A stretch of DNA of 64,000 nt from the human T2T-CHM13v2.0 reference genome, Homo sapiens. Below are positions 1-18,039 of this stretch, piece by piece. Every line of letters begins with the position of its first letter. Positions within the stretch are counted from its first letter, which is position 1. The stretch lies in the NCBI RefSeq assembly GCF_009914755.1, contig NC_060932.1; one strand, given 5' to 3'. The notes under the pieces are model-generated. The model made no database searches, was not told where the DNA came from, and was given only the letters and a program-made list of their open reading frames with translations. The translations under genes were made by a program, and so were the position numbers.

Positions 1-390
1 AGATAACCTGGGTCCAGATGGATCACTGTCCTCAATGTGAACAGGAGGAGGAGTTCATACATGTGCAAAGTCCCTTAGATATGAGCTCTGAGTAACCACA
101 CACCTCTAACCCTATCTCCCACCAGAAGCAGAAATCTTTCATATTATCTTCAACACATGAATATCTAGTTCAGCTCCAATATCTCCAACTACAGGGAGCT
201 CATTACTGCAATCATCAGCCTTTGATTGTGAGGAACCTCTTTTACACTAAGCAAAAATCTGATGCACAACAATTTTCATCCACTGGTCGTAATTTTCTCT
301 ATGGAGAGCAATATAGACATGACGCTGGCCTAGGGAGCTTACAGTCCAGCAAAGAAGCAGTCCACTGAGAAGTGATAATAATAAAATACT

Positions 391-680
<290 letters not shown>

Positions 681-1039
681 ATAATAACAAAATACAATGA
701 GTCCTGTGAGGAACACGGAATACCCCTCTCACATGCACCTTTCTCCTTAGCTGCCCTGGGTCCATTCCTGCCATGTACAAGAACTCACAAGTAAGTTCTT
801 CCATTACCCCACATGGGAATTCCCTAAAAGAGGGAGCTGGCTCAGAAAACAAGACTCCTATAAGAAGTGCTGAATTTATTCTTCTATAATCCTTTCTTCA
901 TCATTCTGCATGAATGTGATCATATTTTTGCCGAGGGCAAAGCTTTCAAAGACTTATGTTGAAAAATTGAACAAAAGGATGCAAAAAAAAAGGGCTTACA
1001 TAAGAGCACTAGTCTCTTAATGATGATTTACGCATTGTG

Positions 1040-1250
1040 GCTAGCTGTATTTTGTGAGTCCTTACAATGTGCCAGGCACTGTACTAAGCTCTACGCTCTT
1101 GACTTGTTTTCTTCTTTTGCTTTTTCACAGCCATCCTATATGGTACTATTATCAGGCCCATTTTATAAATGAGGCAACCGAAACTCCGTATGTGACAGAT
1201 GCAGGATTCAAACCCAATCTGTCAACTTCACAGCTTCTATGGACACTGCA
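1040..1250 (-). mobile_element. MIR fragment
   Basis: Degenerate reverse MIR core (cccattttataaatgaggcaaccgaaact...ggattcaaaccca). Confidence 0.65.
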
Positions 1251-1648
1251 TTGTCTCTGTCTACTTTTTTAAATTTCACAAGGTCCTGTGGCTTTCCTTC
1301 AGTGCTGTTTTCTTGGAAATTTTTATTTATTATTAAATCAGTTTTAAAACCCTATAGAGAATAAATGGTTTCACTCAATCATTGATTCACTCAATCAACA
1401 CACATTTTTGCACCGCCCACCCCCCCGCCCACCCGCCCCCCGCACTGTGTCCTAGGCATCAGGCTGAGGGTCTGGGAAGAAGGAGAGTAAGACACCAAGT
1501 CCCTGCTCCGGAGGGGCTGAGAGTTTAGTGAAAGGACAGGCTGTCATCTTGCACTTAAAACAAAGCATGACTCGTTGTAATTCAGAAGGGTAGAGGAAAC
1601 AGCTTTCCCTGGGACAATTGTGAAGGCTTCAGAAAGAATGGGACCTTT

Positions 1649-2273
<625 letters not shown>

Positions 2274-2339
2274 GAATGAGACCTCTTAGCTTGGTCTTTA
2301 AGGGAAGGGGAAAGGGCCAAGGAGAAAACGCAGGGGGCC

Positions 2340-2770
2340 AAGGGTTGGCAGGGATTGTGGGGGTGCTGTGACACACTGAGATTGTAAAGGACATCATACA
2401 CCATACTAAGAAATTTGAACTTGCCTTCTGAAGGCAACAACAAGTAAAGAGACGCTTCTAACCAAGGGAGACACATAATCAGGTATGTTTTATATCAGGA
2501 TCACTCTGACCACAGGGTCCAATATGGACTACAGTGGTAGGGAGAACAGAGGGCCAGCAAAGCAGTTAAGAGGCTGCTGTGGGGTCCAGGAGAGGGATAA
2601 GGAGAGCCTGCTCAAGGAAACTGGCAGCGAGGATGAAGAACAGGCACCGGAATTAAGATGCTACCTGATGCAGAATCTGCAAGTTCAATCTGGGGGAAGA
2701 GGAGACTGGGGTTGTCGGGATGACCCAGAGGCTCCTGGCTTAGCAGACAAACTGGATGGTGACACCACGT
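2340..2770 (-). mobile_element. L2 fragment
   Basis: Degenerate L2-like sequence (aatcaggtatgttttatatcaggatcactctgacc...gtccaggagagggataag). Confidence 0.55.
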
Positions 2771-2786
2771 GATATCAATACTTTTA

Positions 2787-3170
<384 letters not shown>

Positions 3171-3895
3171 TCATTGGTTTCTTCAGATATGTGCAACTCT
3201 TTCCCAATACTTTTTCATATTTCTACACACTCACATCTATCATTTTAATGACTACAGAGTATTTCATCATACTGAAATACCTCAGTTTCCTTCAGTTGCT
3301 AAAGGTCCACATCCTACATGGCTGGTTTACCCTCTAGACTCATTTGGCTTTGGGTATTTTGCAAGGGATGAGTTGAGCCTTTAGGGAAAAAGAGCCTTTA
3401 GGCAAAAGGTGTTGGAGAAGTGTGGCCTCCGGGGAAGCTGCAACTCTCCTGGGAGGGGCCTGGGCAACCGCATTGCTGTATTGCAGGTAAAAAATGCGGA
3501 ACTATGGAAAAGAACCTGTCATCCATGGGGAGCCTGAGGTCCAAGTTTCCACAGAAGCTGGTTTTCATGTCCTAACTCCCTAATCCATTTGTTCATTCAT
3601 GTGTTCATGTATTCACTCCTTCTACAAAGCATTCCTGTGAATGCAGAGGGCAACACAGCAGAGCTGAAACCATGTCTATGCTCTGGATGTAACTTAGGCT
3701 CTGAAACCTGCTCTACAACTTACACAAGTTATTCAACATCTGAAAGCCTCAGTTTCCCCCACAAGTTTGTTAACTCAGAGAAAACTTGTAAAATGCTAGG
3801 GACTGAACTAGGCACAGACTAAGCTCAATAACAGTTTTCAGTCTTGGTTTTCTCCTTATGCTTTTTTGACTCCCACCACTGTACCTTGAGTTTCT

Positions 3896-4200
3896 TTTTT
3901 TTGTATTTTTATTTATTTATCTATTTGAGACAGAGTCTTGCTCTGTCGCCCCAGGCTGGAGGGCTGTGACACAATCTCCACTCACTGCAGCCTCCGCCTC
4001 CCGAGTTCAAGCGACTTTCCTGCCTCAGCCTCCTGAGTGAGTAGCTGAGATTACAGGCATGAGCCACCACACCTGGCTAATTTTTGCATTTTTAATAGAG
4101 ACAGGGTTTCACCATGTTGGCCAGACTGGTGTTAAACTCCTGACCTCAGGTGGATCTGCCCACCTTGGCCTCCCAAGGTGCTGGGAGCCACTGCACCCAG
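3896..4200 (-). mobile_element. Alu (AluS-type)
   Basis: Perfect 17-bp TSD CTGTACCTTGAGTTTCT (3879-3895, 4201-4217). Confidence 0.95.
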
Positions 4201-5265
4201 CTGTACCTTGAGTTTCTGACCAAACCCACTGGGTAGCCATCCATGAGCTGCAGCTCAGGTCCTAAATCTGCCAGAGTGAACTAGACCCACTCACTTGATC
4301 TTTGCTTCCTATCTGTGAAATGGAGATAAGACAATCTACTTCTCGGAAATGTTGGGAAGCTCTCATGAAGACTGTATAAGAAAATACTTTCAAAGCTCCA
4401 AAGCACTATGTCATTATTGACTGTTAACTTTTGTTAGAGACATTTTGTTTTCTTTGTTTTTCCCTTTAAAAAAACTCTGACCTCAGCGTAAGCTCCCTGG
4501 ATTGTAATTACTGGGTCAAAGGATCTGAAAATTTTTTAGATCCTGATTTGTTATTGCCCAATTGTCCTTAGAGAAGACTCTATATTTTGCTGCCAGCCTT
4601 CACTCAAAGACATCTTTCAATATGCTTCAGCACCTAGAGTATAGTTTTTGCTGCCTCTGTATCCAGTCTCGCTCCTCAATTGAACATTCAGGGAGTTCTA
4701 TCAACTGTTTCTCTCTTCCTTTTCACAGGATGAATGAACACTGAATCCTTTAGAAAACAGCTCCAAACATTTCCACCATAGTCAGGGACTCCAGTGTTGC
4801 CTTAGGGATGAGGACTCCATGGATATTTAACGAAGAAAGGGGAAGAGGACAGGGGACAGAGGCCTGAGAATCCCCTGGGAAGGGCTAGAAGCTCATCCAG
4901 CATTGAAAGATGACATCAGAGCCGCTATTCAAAAAGAACCCAAGTAAGAAGGCAACCAATCAAACTGACACCTTCCTGTTATTTAGCAAAACATTAACCA
5001 GTCTCACAGGAGCCATAAAGCTGTCCTTAGAGCCATATTTCCCCCGAGTTATAAGGTTTATCTATGAGCCTCCGGCACATCTGCAAATCTAACATATTTC
5101 TCACAAGTGGGGCAACTCCAAGTCTCATTTCCCCAACCCTTCAGGTGACCTGCAGGAAGAAAAAAGGGTGCCACTGCATCACATTGGCTGTTCCCTTCTG
5201 TACCTCAAGTACACTTTCCAGTCTCTTCACTTGGCTGTTTGTCAGCCTTCGGATTCAAAGCAGTT

Positions 5266-5317
5266 CCCCCATCACCCTTCCAAAGGTGAACCCCCCATCA
5301 CCCTTCCAAAGGTGAAC
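5266..5317. repeat. Perfect 26-bp tandem duplication
   Basis: CCCCCATCACCCTTCCAAAGGTGAAC x2. Confidence 0.95.
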
Positions 5318-5343
5318 CCCACCTACCTTCACTCATTCCCTAG

Positions 5344-5701
<358 letters not shown>

Positions 5702-6421
5702 TCTAATTATTTTACATTTTTAGCTTAAAAATGTTTTAACTAAAAAAACCCCAAAGAAATAAACAACCAAAAACCACCTCTTGTTACAATGTCAGCTGTG
5801 ATGGCAGAGACAGAGCTATCACCATGCCCACTGCAGTTCCTGCCATGGTGCCTGGCCCCTAGGAGAGCCTCCCTAAATATGTTGAATGAATGGATAAAAA
5901 AAGGGAGGACCCGAGCAGTAAATAAGGTGCCCCGATGCACTATTCACCCTGATTATATGAGTAATACATATTGATTGCAGCAAAAAAATTTGAAAATACA
6001 TATGAGCAAATGAAAGAAAAAATAAACACCCATGATCCAACCACCCACACCATGTGGACACCCTTCCAAATGTTTTTCCTGTCTATATCTATATAAAGGC
6101 AGCACATATTTTTATTAAAATGGTTCATTTACTGAATTGTAATCTGCTGTCTTTCCACCTCACAGTTTATCAACCTTTCTTAATAAAGGAACGTCAGCCA
6201 CATCGCTGTTAAAGGCTATATAACACTCCGCTGTGCAGCTCAACCATGAAGTGTTGAATGATTCTGGAGTTCAGCTGAAGGGAGGTTTCTTCAATGTCAA
6301 TAAAGGTAAAATGCTTTATTCCAGCACTTCCCCCTTGCCAAGCTTCCCATTTTTTCCCTCTGTGTTTGTATTGCTTTAGAGCTGTATTTCTACAGAACTG
6401 TATTCCCCACCGCCCATTCAC

Positions 6422-6537
6422 CACCTGGAGTTATTAGAGTCCTCGTCAACTAGAGAAGCAAAATTGTTTGCAGCCGGAAAAGCTGATGTATGACGAAGCA
6501 AGGACGATGCCTTGAAGTTCAAATTGGGAATGTGCTG
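6422..6537 (-). other. Candidate internal exon, probably 5'UTR or non-coding, of the unidentified minus-strand gene
   Basis: Minus strand reads ctcttcatttctgtttcctgtatCAG|CAG|... then CAG|GTG|GTGAAT; unique sequence, several retained CpGs, no ATG. Confidence 0.5.
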
Positions 6538-6912
6538 CTGATACAGGAAACAGAAATGAAGAGTGTGCTTTCTTGCCAAGATTTGAATAGGGAGAAGAGG
6601 AAAAGATTTTCTGCACGCCTTCACTTCTTCCCAAGCCCTACCCTCGAGGAGAGGTTTTTCCCAAGGGATAGGCTGTTCCCCACCATGCTGACTGATGCTG
6701 TAAGCAGTTTGCAGACCAAGCCCATGGCTCCATTTACAGACTCACTGGCTGCAAAAAAAATCCAAGAGGGCATGATCAGAAGGTTCCACCCCTTCCACAA
6801 ACAGCTCTTTCAGCCCCTGGTGTGGTTCAGCAGCACGAAGGACTGCTCACTTGGCATGTTTAGCTCTGACAATCCCATTCCTTCCATCAGGAAAAGGCAC
6901 AGGCACAGGAGG

Positions 6913-6926
6913 GCGCCACCTGAAGG
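6913..6926 (-). promoter_or_regulatory. Candidate CTCF site
   Basis: Minus strand CCTTCAGGTGGCGC, 12/14 match to core CCACCAGGTGGCGC. Confidence 0.45.
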
Positions 6927-7122
6927 AAGGGACAAGATGCCATAAAATCATAGATGGCTCCAGAGGAACGGAAGGGAGAAAAAGGGTGGGCCGTTCACTT
7001 CTGAGCTTCACCCCACTGTGACCCCAAAACCTATGGAGAGGTTAGTTCATCTCTGCTTTTCCACCCACCTTACATAGCATACCATCAGAATTAAATCTTT
7101 GCCTACAGAAAAAGAGAATTCC

Positions 7123-7425
7123 AGCCAGGTGTGGTGGCTCACGCCTGTAATCCCAGCACTTTGGGAGGCCAAGGTGGGAGGACTGCTTGAGCCCAGAATT
7201 GCTTGAGACCAGCCTGGGCAACATGAGGAGACCCTGTATGTAGAAAAAATTTAAAAACAAAGGAAAATTAGCCGAGTACAGTGGTGTGAGCCTGTGGTCC
7301 CACTTACTTGGGAGGCTGAGGCAGTAGGATTGCTTTGGCTCAAAAGGTCAAGGATGCAGTGGGTCGTGATTGCACTATTGCACTCTGGCCTGGGCGACAG
7401 GGTGGGACCCTGTCTCAAAAGAAAA
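7123..7425 (+). mobile_element. AluJ
   Basis: J-type left arm; TSD AAAAGAGAATTC. Confidence 0.93.
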
Positions 7426-7669
7426 GAAAAAGAGAATTCTTAATTGTGTCTATAGTCATTAATTTTCAATGACATTTTAAAAGATTGATAAAGTGTATTA
7501 ATTTATCAATGCCATTAAAAAAAGATTTGTTGTTTTACAGAAATACCATCATTAGAAGACAAAAGGATTTAATGTGAAATATAATGACAGAAGAACTATT
7601 ACCACCAATATCTCTGATCAATTGCTTAGTTTCTGCCATTATTACAGAAAGTGATTTCTACCCATTTAT

Positions 7670-7810
7670 AATGCAATCCTTACAACATTATGAAAGATAT
7701 TTTATTACTTCCCTGTTTTCAGATGAGAAAATGGAGGGACAAACAGTTCAAGTACTTTGCCATAGGTTACATACCTACGAGGAGGTGAACCAGGATTCTA
7801 GACCAAGTCT
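7670..7810 (-). mobile_element. MIR fragment
   Basis: ccctgttttcagatgagaaaatggagg...ccaggattctagaccaagtct. Confidence 0.65.
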
Positions 7811-7926
7811 TAGCTCCCTGCTTTGCATAAATCATTCCACCTGCCTTGCTTCTCCAGCCCGTTTTCCTTTCTGTAAACATTAACTAAATCCCTCAGTGAC
7901 CAAGCTCCACCTGAAATACTACACTA

Positions 7927-8225
<299 letters not shown>

Positions 8226-8610
8226 ATAATACACTACTCATCTATAAAACAGCCACAATTATCACCTACTTCACTGTGTTATTGTGAGCACTGACTACAA
8301 TAATAGGTAGAACTTAGGAAATTGCCAATTCCAACTGTCTTTGGCTATAAAAAGCAACAATTACATAGGAAACATAATCAGTAAAAGTTTGGGTAAAACT
8401 TAAATGTTTGGTAAACTCTTAAATAAATGTATGTACCTGATTATCTTGGCTTTTGACATTTGCTTTTTTTTCTTTTAATTTGAGAGTTTGGGGCATTTTT
8501 GTTGACAATTGCTGTTTTAATATTCAAACTCGCAAAGTTGTGTATGATAGAAGCTGACAGTCAGACCCCGGGCTTGGTCAGCCTTAAGTTTTAATCCCTT
8601 CATTTTCTCA

Positions 8611-8925
<315 letters not shown>

Positions 8926-9364
8926 ATGAAGAAACTAATGGTACTCATTGTCAGATGTAAATTATTTCATGTAGAGTACTTAGCACAGGGCACAGAAAAT
9001 TTAAGAGCTCAGTAAATATTAACATTTTCTATTACTTATTATTATTGTTTTTATTAACAGACTTGCTTTCATTAAGATGCTGTTGGTATAAAGCTGCCCA
9101 CTGCAGCATTATTTATAATAAAAGCCAGACACAAATTAAATTTCCCACTATAGGGAAAGGGCATAGTAGGATTCTGAAAGAACCATCTTTAGAATTAATG
9201 AAAATCACTTTAATTACAATGTAAGCCCCTGCTTTGCTACTTGGGGGCAGTACGATTTTGAGCAAGTCATTTATTTTCTCTGGACCTGTTTCCTCACCTC
9301 AGAAATGAAGGGTTTGCTCTCAATGACTCCCATGTCTTCTCATGATTTAAAGTTACATAGTCCT

Positions 9365-9689
<325 letters not shown>

Positions 9690-9766
9690 CTAAGGTTCTC
9701 AATACATTAAAATCCATCAACCTCAAGGACAACATACAACTGAGGACATAAGAAAATGGTAGAAAC

Positions 9767-10086
<320 letters not shown>

Positions 10087-10099
10087 CTATTTTATAAAT

Positions 10100-10310
10100 T
10101 AATATTCCCAATCTTCTTTCACCCTACTCTTTGTTTCCATAACATTTGTCACCTCCTAACATCGTTTGTATTATGTTTATTGTCTTTCTCCATGAACTAG
10201 ACCTAAGCCCATGACAGTAGGCATTTATGGCTGGTCTGTCCACGAATGTGTCCCCAGCCCCTAGAACAATGTCTGGCATATAGTAGGAGCTCAGTTAGCA
10301 TTCATTGAAT
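10100..10310 (+). mobile_element. L2 3' end
   Basis: ctagacctaagcccatgacagtagg...ctagaacaatgtctggcatatagtaggagctcag. Confidence 0.7.
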
Positions 10311-10381
10311 TTAAAAATGTGAATATTAAGTTAAAAGAACAAAGTACAAAACTACATATATCATAAAATGCAAAAATTACC

Positions 10382-10760
<379 letters not shown>

Positions 10761-12559
10761 TAATAAAGTTATATATAATAGAATGCAAAATTGTATATAC
10801 AATTAATATAAAATATGTACCCCTATGGAGAAATGGTAGAGAGGATCAGAGAAGGTAAAACTCAATGATAACAAGATGAATGTGGAAGTGAAATAATATT
10901 CTTTTTCATTTTTCTTTAACGTTTTGAACCATTTTGTTTGTCCAAAAAGATGGCATTTTAAAAAGGAAGAGTGTGAACAGGAGAAATATGGAAGAGAAGA
11001 GGAAGCAGAAGTGGCCAAGGGAGAGAACCTGATGGAGAAAATAAGGAAAGATAGGAGGGGCCAAAGCAAACAGAAGGCTCATGGCTGGTAGTTACTCTAT
11101 TAATGGAAATAGAATCACACAGGCAGAAAGAAAAGTGAGTAGATAAAGGAAAGACAATTTACCTTGAACTTTTAATTCCAAGCTAATATCTATTAAACTA
11201 CTCCTAGGTTGATAGAATTTCCCCCCATTAACTGCCTCAATCCACAGAAGCTTTGGTAAATTTTAGCACAAAGGAACACTTGGAACTGTTACGTGTTACT
11301 GTTCTTCATTCCGAACCTTCTGTTGATCAGCTGCTTTGGAGGCAAGAAGAAAGAGGCCCACATTCTAAGACTAACTGAATGCCACAGGCATTTTCATTAG
11401 CCAACTGATCCATCAAGCATTTCATCTAGGGTCACCTACTTGGGGGACATAGAGTGTAGGAAACAGACTTGTCTTCTAGGGGATGAAAGGCACACTACTT
11501 ACTCCAATACAAAGCAACGCACAACTGCCAAATAAATGACACGGATGATATATCCTGTAAAATTAAAGGGCTAGAAGAGTTCCTTCCAGCTTGGGAAGGT
11601 CAGGGGAGGGTGGCAGGGAGATGTCCAGGGAAGGACTTGTCCTGCACTTTATCCAATAACAGGGACCCTAGTGCTGTTCGTGAGCGGACTCTTGACCCCT
11701 TCACCTGGTCCCAACTTGTACTTGAGATCACTTGCTGCTCTTAATGCCTAGAGCCCCCAGGTATTGGCCTGGGTTCCTCATCACAGCCATGCATTTGCCA
11801 TTTTGAGCAAACCAGGTCAGATCCCCTGTGCACGTGCTCTCAACCTCTGTGCTTCTTGTTTACAGCACACACCATCACTGCAATTGTATGGTTATTGTGT
11901 GGTTCCTTAAACACTGTGAGCTCCAGGACGGTAGCGGCCACACTATTTTGTCACCACTGTATCCCCAGTGAGAGCACGGAGCCTGGCACAAGGCGGGCAC
12001 TCAACAAACAGCTGCAGCTGGTCAAGGAGATGGCATTGGTCCAGCCTGAATCAGCACAGGCCTAGGTTTTAACGCTACTGTGAATCCCCAGCATGGCCAC
12101 AGAGCTGGAACCAGGGAATCAGATAAGCAAGACAAGGAGGTAAGATTGAACCCTCGCCCAAAATTAGCCTAAATGATCAGGTCACTACTGTGTAACCTAG
12201 TATTTGAAATACAGAGATTTAGACAGAATGACAGGAAAAAGTCAAACATAAACTAAAAGTCCGAAAGAGCTTAGGTTCTCACAGTCACTTTTTGAGGCTA
12301 CAAAAGGAAAGATATTGCATAAACCTTAAAAAAAATGGACCAGTTAAGAAGTGTAACTGGTTTAGCAAGCTTCCCTTCTAAAATCCTGGTGCCGATTTCA
12401 TGTTAGAACACAGGTTTAATGAGAACGTATCCCTCTCCCCAAGTTGTAATACACAGAAGAGGGCAAAGGGGAGAATGTTACCTTGCCCAAGCTCTGGTCT
12501 TATCTCAACCCACAGACTTGGAGAAAATGTCTATAGTCCATTTCAGTATTTACTTAGCT

Positions 12560-12877
<318 letters not shown>

Positions 12878-13313
12878 TAATAGGCTGCTTGTACTTATAA
12901 GTGCCTGCATCAGAGTTTCTGGATGAAATGAACTAATTTTAGAAATGGGAAAAACTTTGGAATTCACCTTCAATCTAATATTTTTGCTTATGAAAATGCA
13001 GGGCCCAAGTGGTTAAGGAACTTGTCTAGGGGCACGATCCCCCAGTCATGAACTCTGGACCCAGGGGGAAGATTAGAGGGATTTATGTCTATACTGTCTT
13101 TATTTCCAAAGGTTAGTCTACATCACTGAGGCATCAGTAAAGTCCTGTGAAATATCTATACTAATAAGCAGTGTGCAACATTTGGTATGGTATCTGGTGT
13201 GATCTTTCAGGGTAAAAGTAGGTAAATTAATTGCTGTCCTTATTTGGCCCTTACTACACACAACACACAAATCTCTTCCACCATTGCAAAATGTTAGAAG
13301 ATGTATGTGCTGT

Positions 13314-13671
<358 letters not shown>

Positions 13672-14646
13672 TCACCCATAATAGCAAGGAATGGTATCTT
13701 TCTCGGTCACAACACTAAGCTGCTTACAGAGTTCATGTAAATACTGTTTCTTGCTGTTCCACCTCTGCTAGGAACACCTTCCACAACACTCCCACGTTTC
13801 CGCACCAAACTCCTACCTACACATCGAGGCTCCCATCAGAAATCTCTACAGACGTCGGAAATCTATAGAGATATTAGATAAGCATTTCAAGGTAACTTAT
13901 TTCCTCATTTTACCTTATGGTAACAGCCCTATTTACCTCTTACAAGCGTTCTACGGTGTATCAAAAAGACCAACAACAGTAAGAGGTTTGCATAGCACTG
14001 TGTATTCCATTGAGAAAAGTGCTACAAAAACACAAGATAGCATTTTATTAATTTATTAAATCTGATTCCTTGAGACACATACAAAGCGGTGTTGATGGAT
14101 GAACCAACAAACCCAAGATTAATAGCCTGGTTTACTGCACTCTTTTCTCCTTCCAAGCCACAAGCCAAAATAAACTCACCCTCAATTTATAATGTTGCAA
14201 AATGTGCTTCTAAGCACCAATGCCTGAATCCACTGTGGTTATTAAAAGGATGGTTGCATCCATCGGGATGGGATAGGTTATGCTGTGGTAACAAAGAACA
14301 CCTAAATCTCAGCCCTAAGGATGACCACAATGGTCCCTCTGGGGTCAAGAAGGTAAGCCCAGCAGCCCCATCTTTCTCATTTTCACCTGACAATCTGGTT
14401 AGCCAACTCTGTGGCTTACATAAGTTTGAAAGATATGACCCTCTCCTTTCCTTCTCCAACCACCTACAAAACTGTCTCGTGGAGCGCAGTGAGAATCAGA
14501 AGTGATTATCTTTGTAAAACATCGAGAATGCTGCCTGGCATATAGGTAGCAGCCAGTAAATAATAATGATGGCTACTACCATTGTCACTTCCATTATCCC
14601 CACCCCTTCTCAAATAATAATAATAATGATATTATAATTCTCACAG

Positions 14647-14830
14647 AGCAGTGATTCCTGAACTTAACTTGTCCTGAACATTAGAATCATCTGGAGAGCT
14701 TAAAAAAACTAATGCTTGTGTCCCACCCCTAGAGTCTATGAAGTAATTCATCTAGTGTATGACCTTAGGCTTGGGATTTTAAAAGATTGCCAGGTGATTC
14801 CAAAGTGTAGACAAGTTTGGAAACCAGCCT
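14647..14830. mobile_element. MER5-type hAT-Charlie DNA transposon fossil
   Basis: cagtgattcctgaactt...cattagaatcatctggagagctt...ccaggtgattcc...gtttggaaacca. Confidence 0.75.
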
Positions 14831-14876
14831 CAAGAGGCAGCAAGATTCATATATACACATACATGTCTTTGTGTTT

Positions 14877-14900
14877 GCACACACACACACACACACACAC
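14877..14900. repeat. (CA)n microsatellite
   Basis: Direct. Confidence 0.95.
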
Positions 14901-15121
14901 CTGCTCCCAAGTTCCATGAATCATGCTCCCTGTATGACAGTAGTGGTTATATCACTTAGGGTGAGCTGGGTTATGCTGTGGTAACAGAGCCCCTGAATCT
15001 CATCCCTAATGAAAACCAATTGATCACCCCTGCAGGGTCACAATGAGCCCAGAAGCCCTGTTTTTCTGGTCTTTACCTGACAGTTAAGCCTATTCTTTTT
15101 TCTTTTTCAGTCTTTACTTGA

Positions 15122-15503
<382 letters not shown>

Positions 15504-15891
15504 TAAGCCTCTGCATTTTATCCTCAGACCTTTCTCATGTTCTATTTTCTTCTACTTCATACCTTTCCCCAAGTCCAGGTAAAGTTTGCCTGGCCCAGAG
15601 TAAATCAGCACCCAAAGATGACACCAATGTGGACAGACTTAGGGGAAATCTGGTTAGAAGAAGGCCACTAAAGGCTATCAGTACTTAAGGCTGTACTTTG
15701 CTCAATTCTCTGTCCCCAAGACTTAAAACACAGCACACAATGTGGTAGAAATTTGGATAGTTAAATCAGTTATCATCAGTAATAACCTAGAAGAAAAGCA
15801 GACACAAGAACTCAAAAAGCACAGCATCTAAGCTGAAAACCTTATTTATCAACTTGTCACCAACCACCATTTGAATTTCAAATTTTTTTAT

Positions 15892-16687
<796 letters not shown>

Positions 16688-17125
16688 TCATCTTCCTGAT
16701 CTGTCGGATGTTACGTCTCTGCAGAATCTGGAGAAAACCAGAAAACCCAGCTTGTTTGCCCTCATTTTGGCAGTTTAATTTAGGAATCACACTGGCTTTA
16801 CATAAACTCTTTACCAAAAAAACTGTATTCTGTATTTTGAAGGCACAAGTTAACATGGGCCCAAGGGAAGGAAGCATTGTATACAATTACATAATAGCTA
16901 CTCTATTACTTTAAAACCTAATGGCAGCCTCGGGCAGAAAAGTCAAAAGGGGAGAGAAACCATTTCTGTGAAATTATCTGATGCAATCATCTCTTTGGAG
17001 ACATTGTCAGTTGACAATGGTTCTGCTTTTTCTCTCGAGCTCATTCAATTTCTGTTATTTACCTGAACCTGGAAGCAGAGTTTTCCTCCCATCTACCACT
17101 GGTTTAAAAAAAAAAAAAAAAAAGA

Positions 17126-17427
17126 GGCCGGGAGCAGTGGCTCACGCCTGTAATCCCAACACTTTGGGAGGCTGAGGCGGGTGGATCACGAGGTCAGGAG
17201 TTCAAGACCAGCCTGGCCAAGATGGTGAAACCCCCGTCTCTACTAAAGATACAAAAATTAGCCGGCTGTGATGGCGGGCGCCTGTAATCCCAGCTACTCG
17301 GGAGGCTGAGGCAGAGAATTGCTTGAATCTGGGAGGCAGAGATTGCAGTGAGCCGAGATCATGCCACTGCACTCCAGCCTGGGCAACAGAGACTCTGTCT
17401 CAAAAAAAAAAAAAAAAAAAAAAAAAA
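17126..17427 (+). mobile_element. Alu (AluSg-like)
   Basis: Full dimer, long A tail. Confidence 0.95.
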
Positions 17428-17835
17428 CAAAGGCAGGCAGGATTTCTCTAATAAAAGCTTGAAATGAAAAGCAGTAACTACTCCCAAGGCCCTGCTTATT
17501 GTAGAAAAGTCATTCAACAAATCTTTTTAGGTCTCTATTAACAATTTATTTTCTCTACCCCCATCACAAAAAAGCAGAGGAAGTAGTGTAGCAGCCCCAG
17601 CCACAGCCACAGCCACACCCCACTACTTGCTTCCTAGGTGTGTGTGGTGTGTGACTGCCTGCAAGCAACTCCAGCTCTCTGAACTTGTTTCCTCATCTGC
17701 AAACTGGAAATATTTATTTATTTGACAAGGACATTATGAGAATTTACTCTGAAAAATACATGTAGAGTACCTAGCATTCAATTAAGACTAGGTGAATGCC
17801 CTTCTCAGGAACCGTACTAGAGAAGGTGAGTTTCT

Positions 17836-17975
17836 GGTCCAGTGTGATGACTCACGCCTGTAATCCCAGCACTTTAGGAGGCTGAGGTGAGAGGATGGCT
17901 TGAACCCAGGAGTTTGAGACCAGACTGGGCAACTTAGCAAGACCCCATCTCTATTATTAATATTTTAAAAAATAA
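17836..17975 (+). mobile_element. FLAM-type Alu monomer
   Basis: Left-arm monomer with own TSD AAGGTGAGT(T/G)TCT. Confidence 0.85.
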
Positions 17976-18039
17976 GAAAAAGGTGAGTGTCTAATAAGAG
18001 ATAATACTTTTACCCATCTTTGTACGCCAATCCTACCAC

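Noticed and set aside
786-796. Plus-strand donor CAA|GTAAGT, and minus-strand donors at 59728 and about 59858
   Set aside because: No convincing partner acceptor or exon; such motifs are common by chance
6490-6945. 151-aa plus-strand ORF
   Set aside because: No homology I recognise; the splice signals here favour a minus-strand exon
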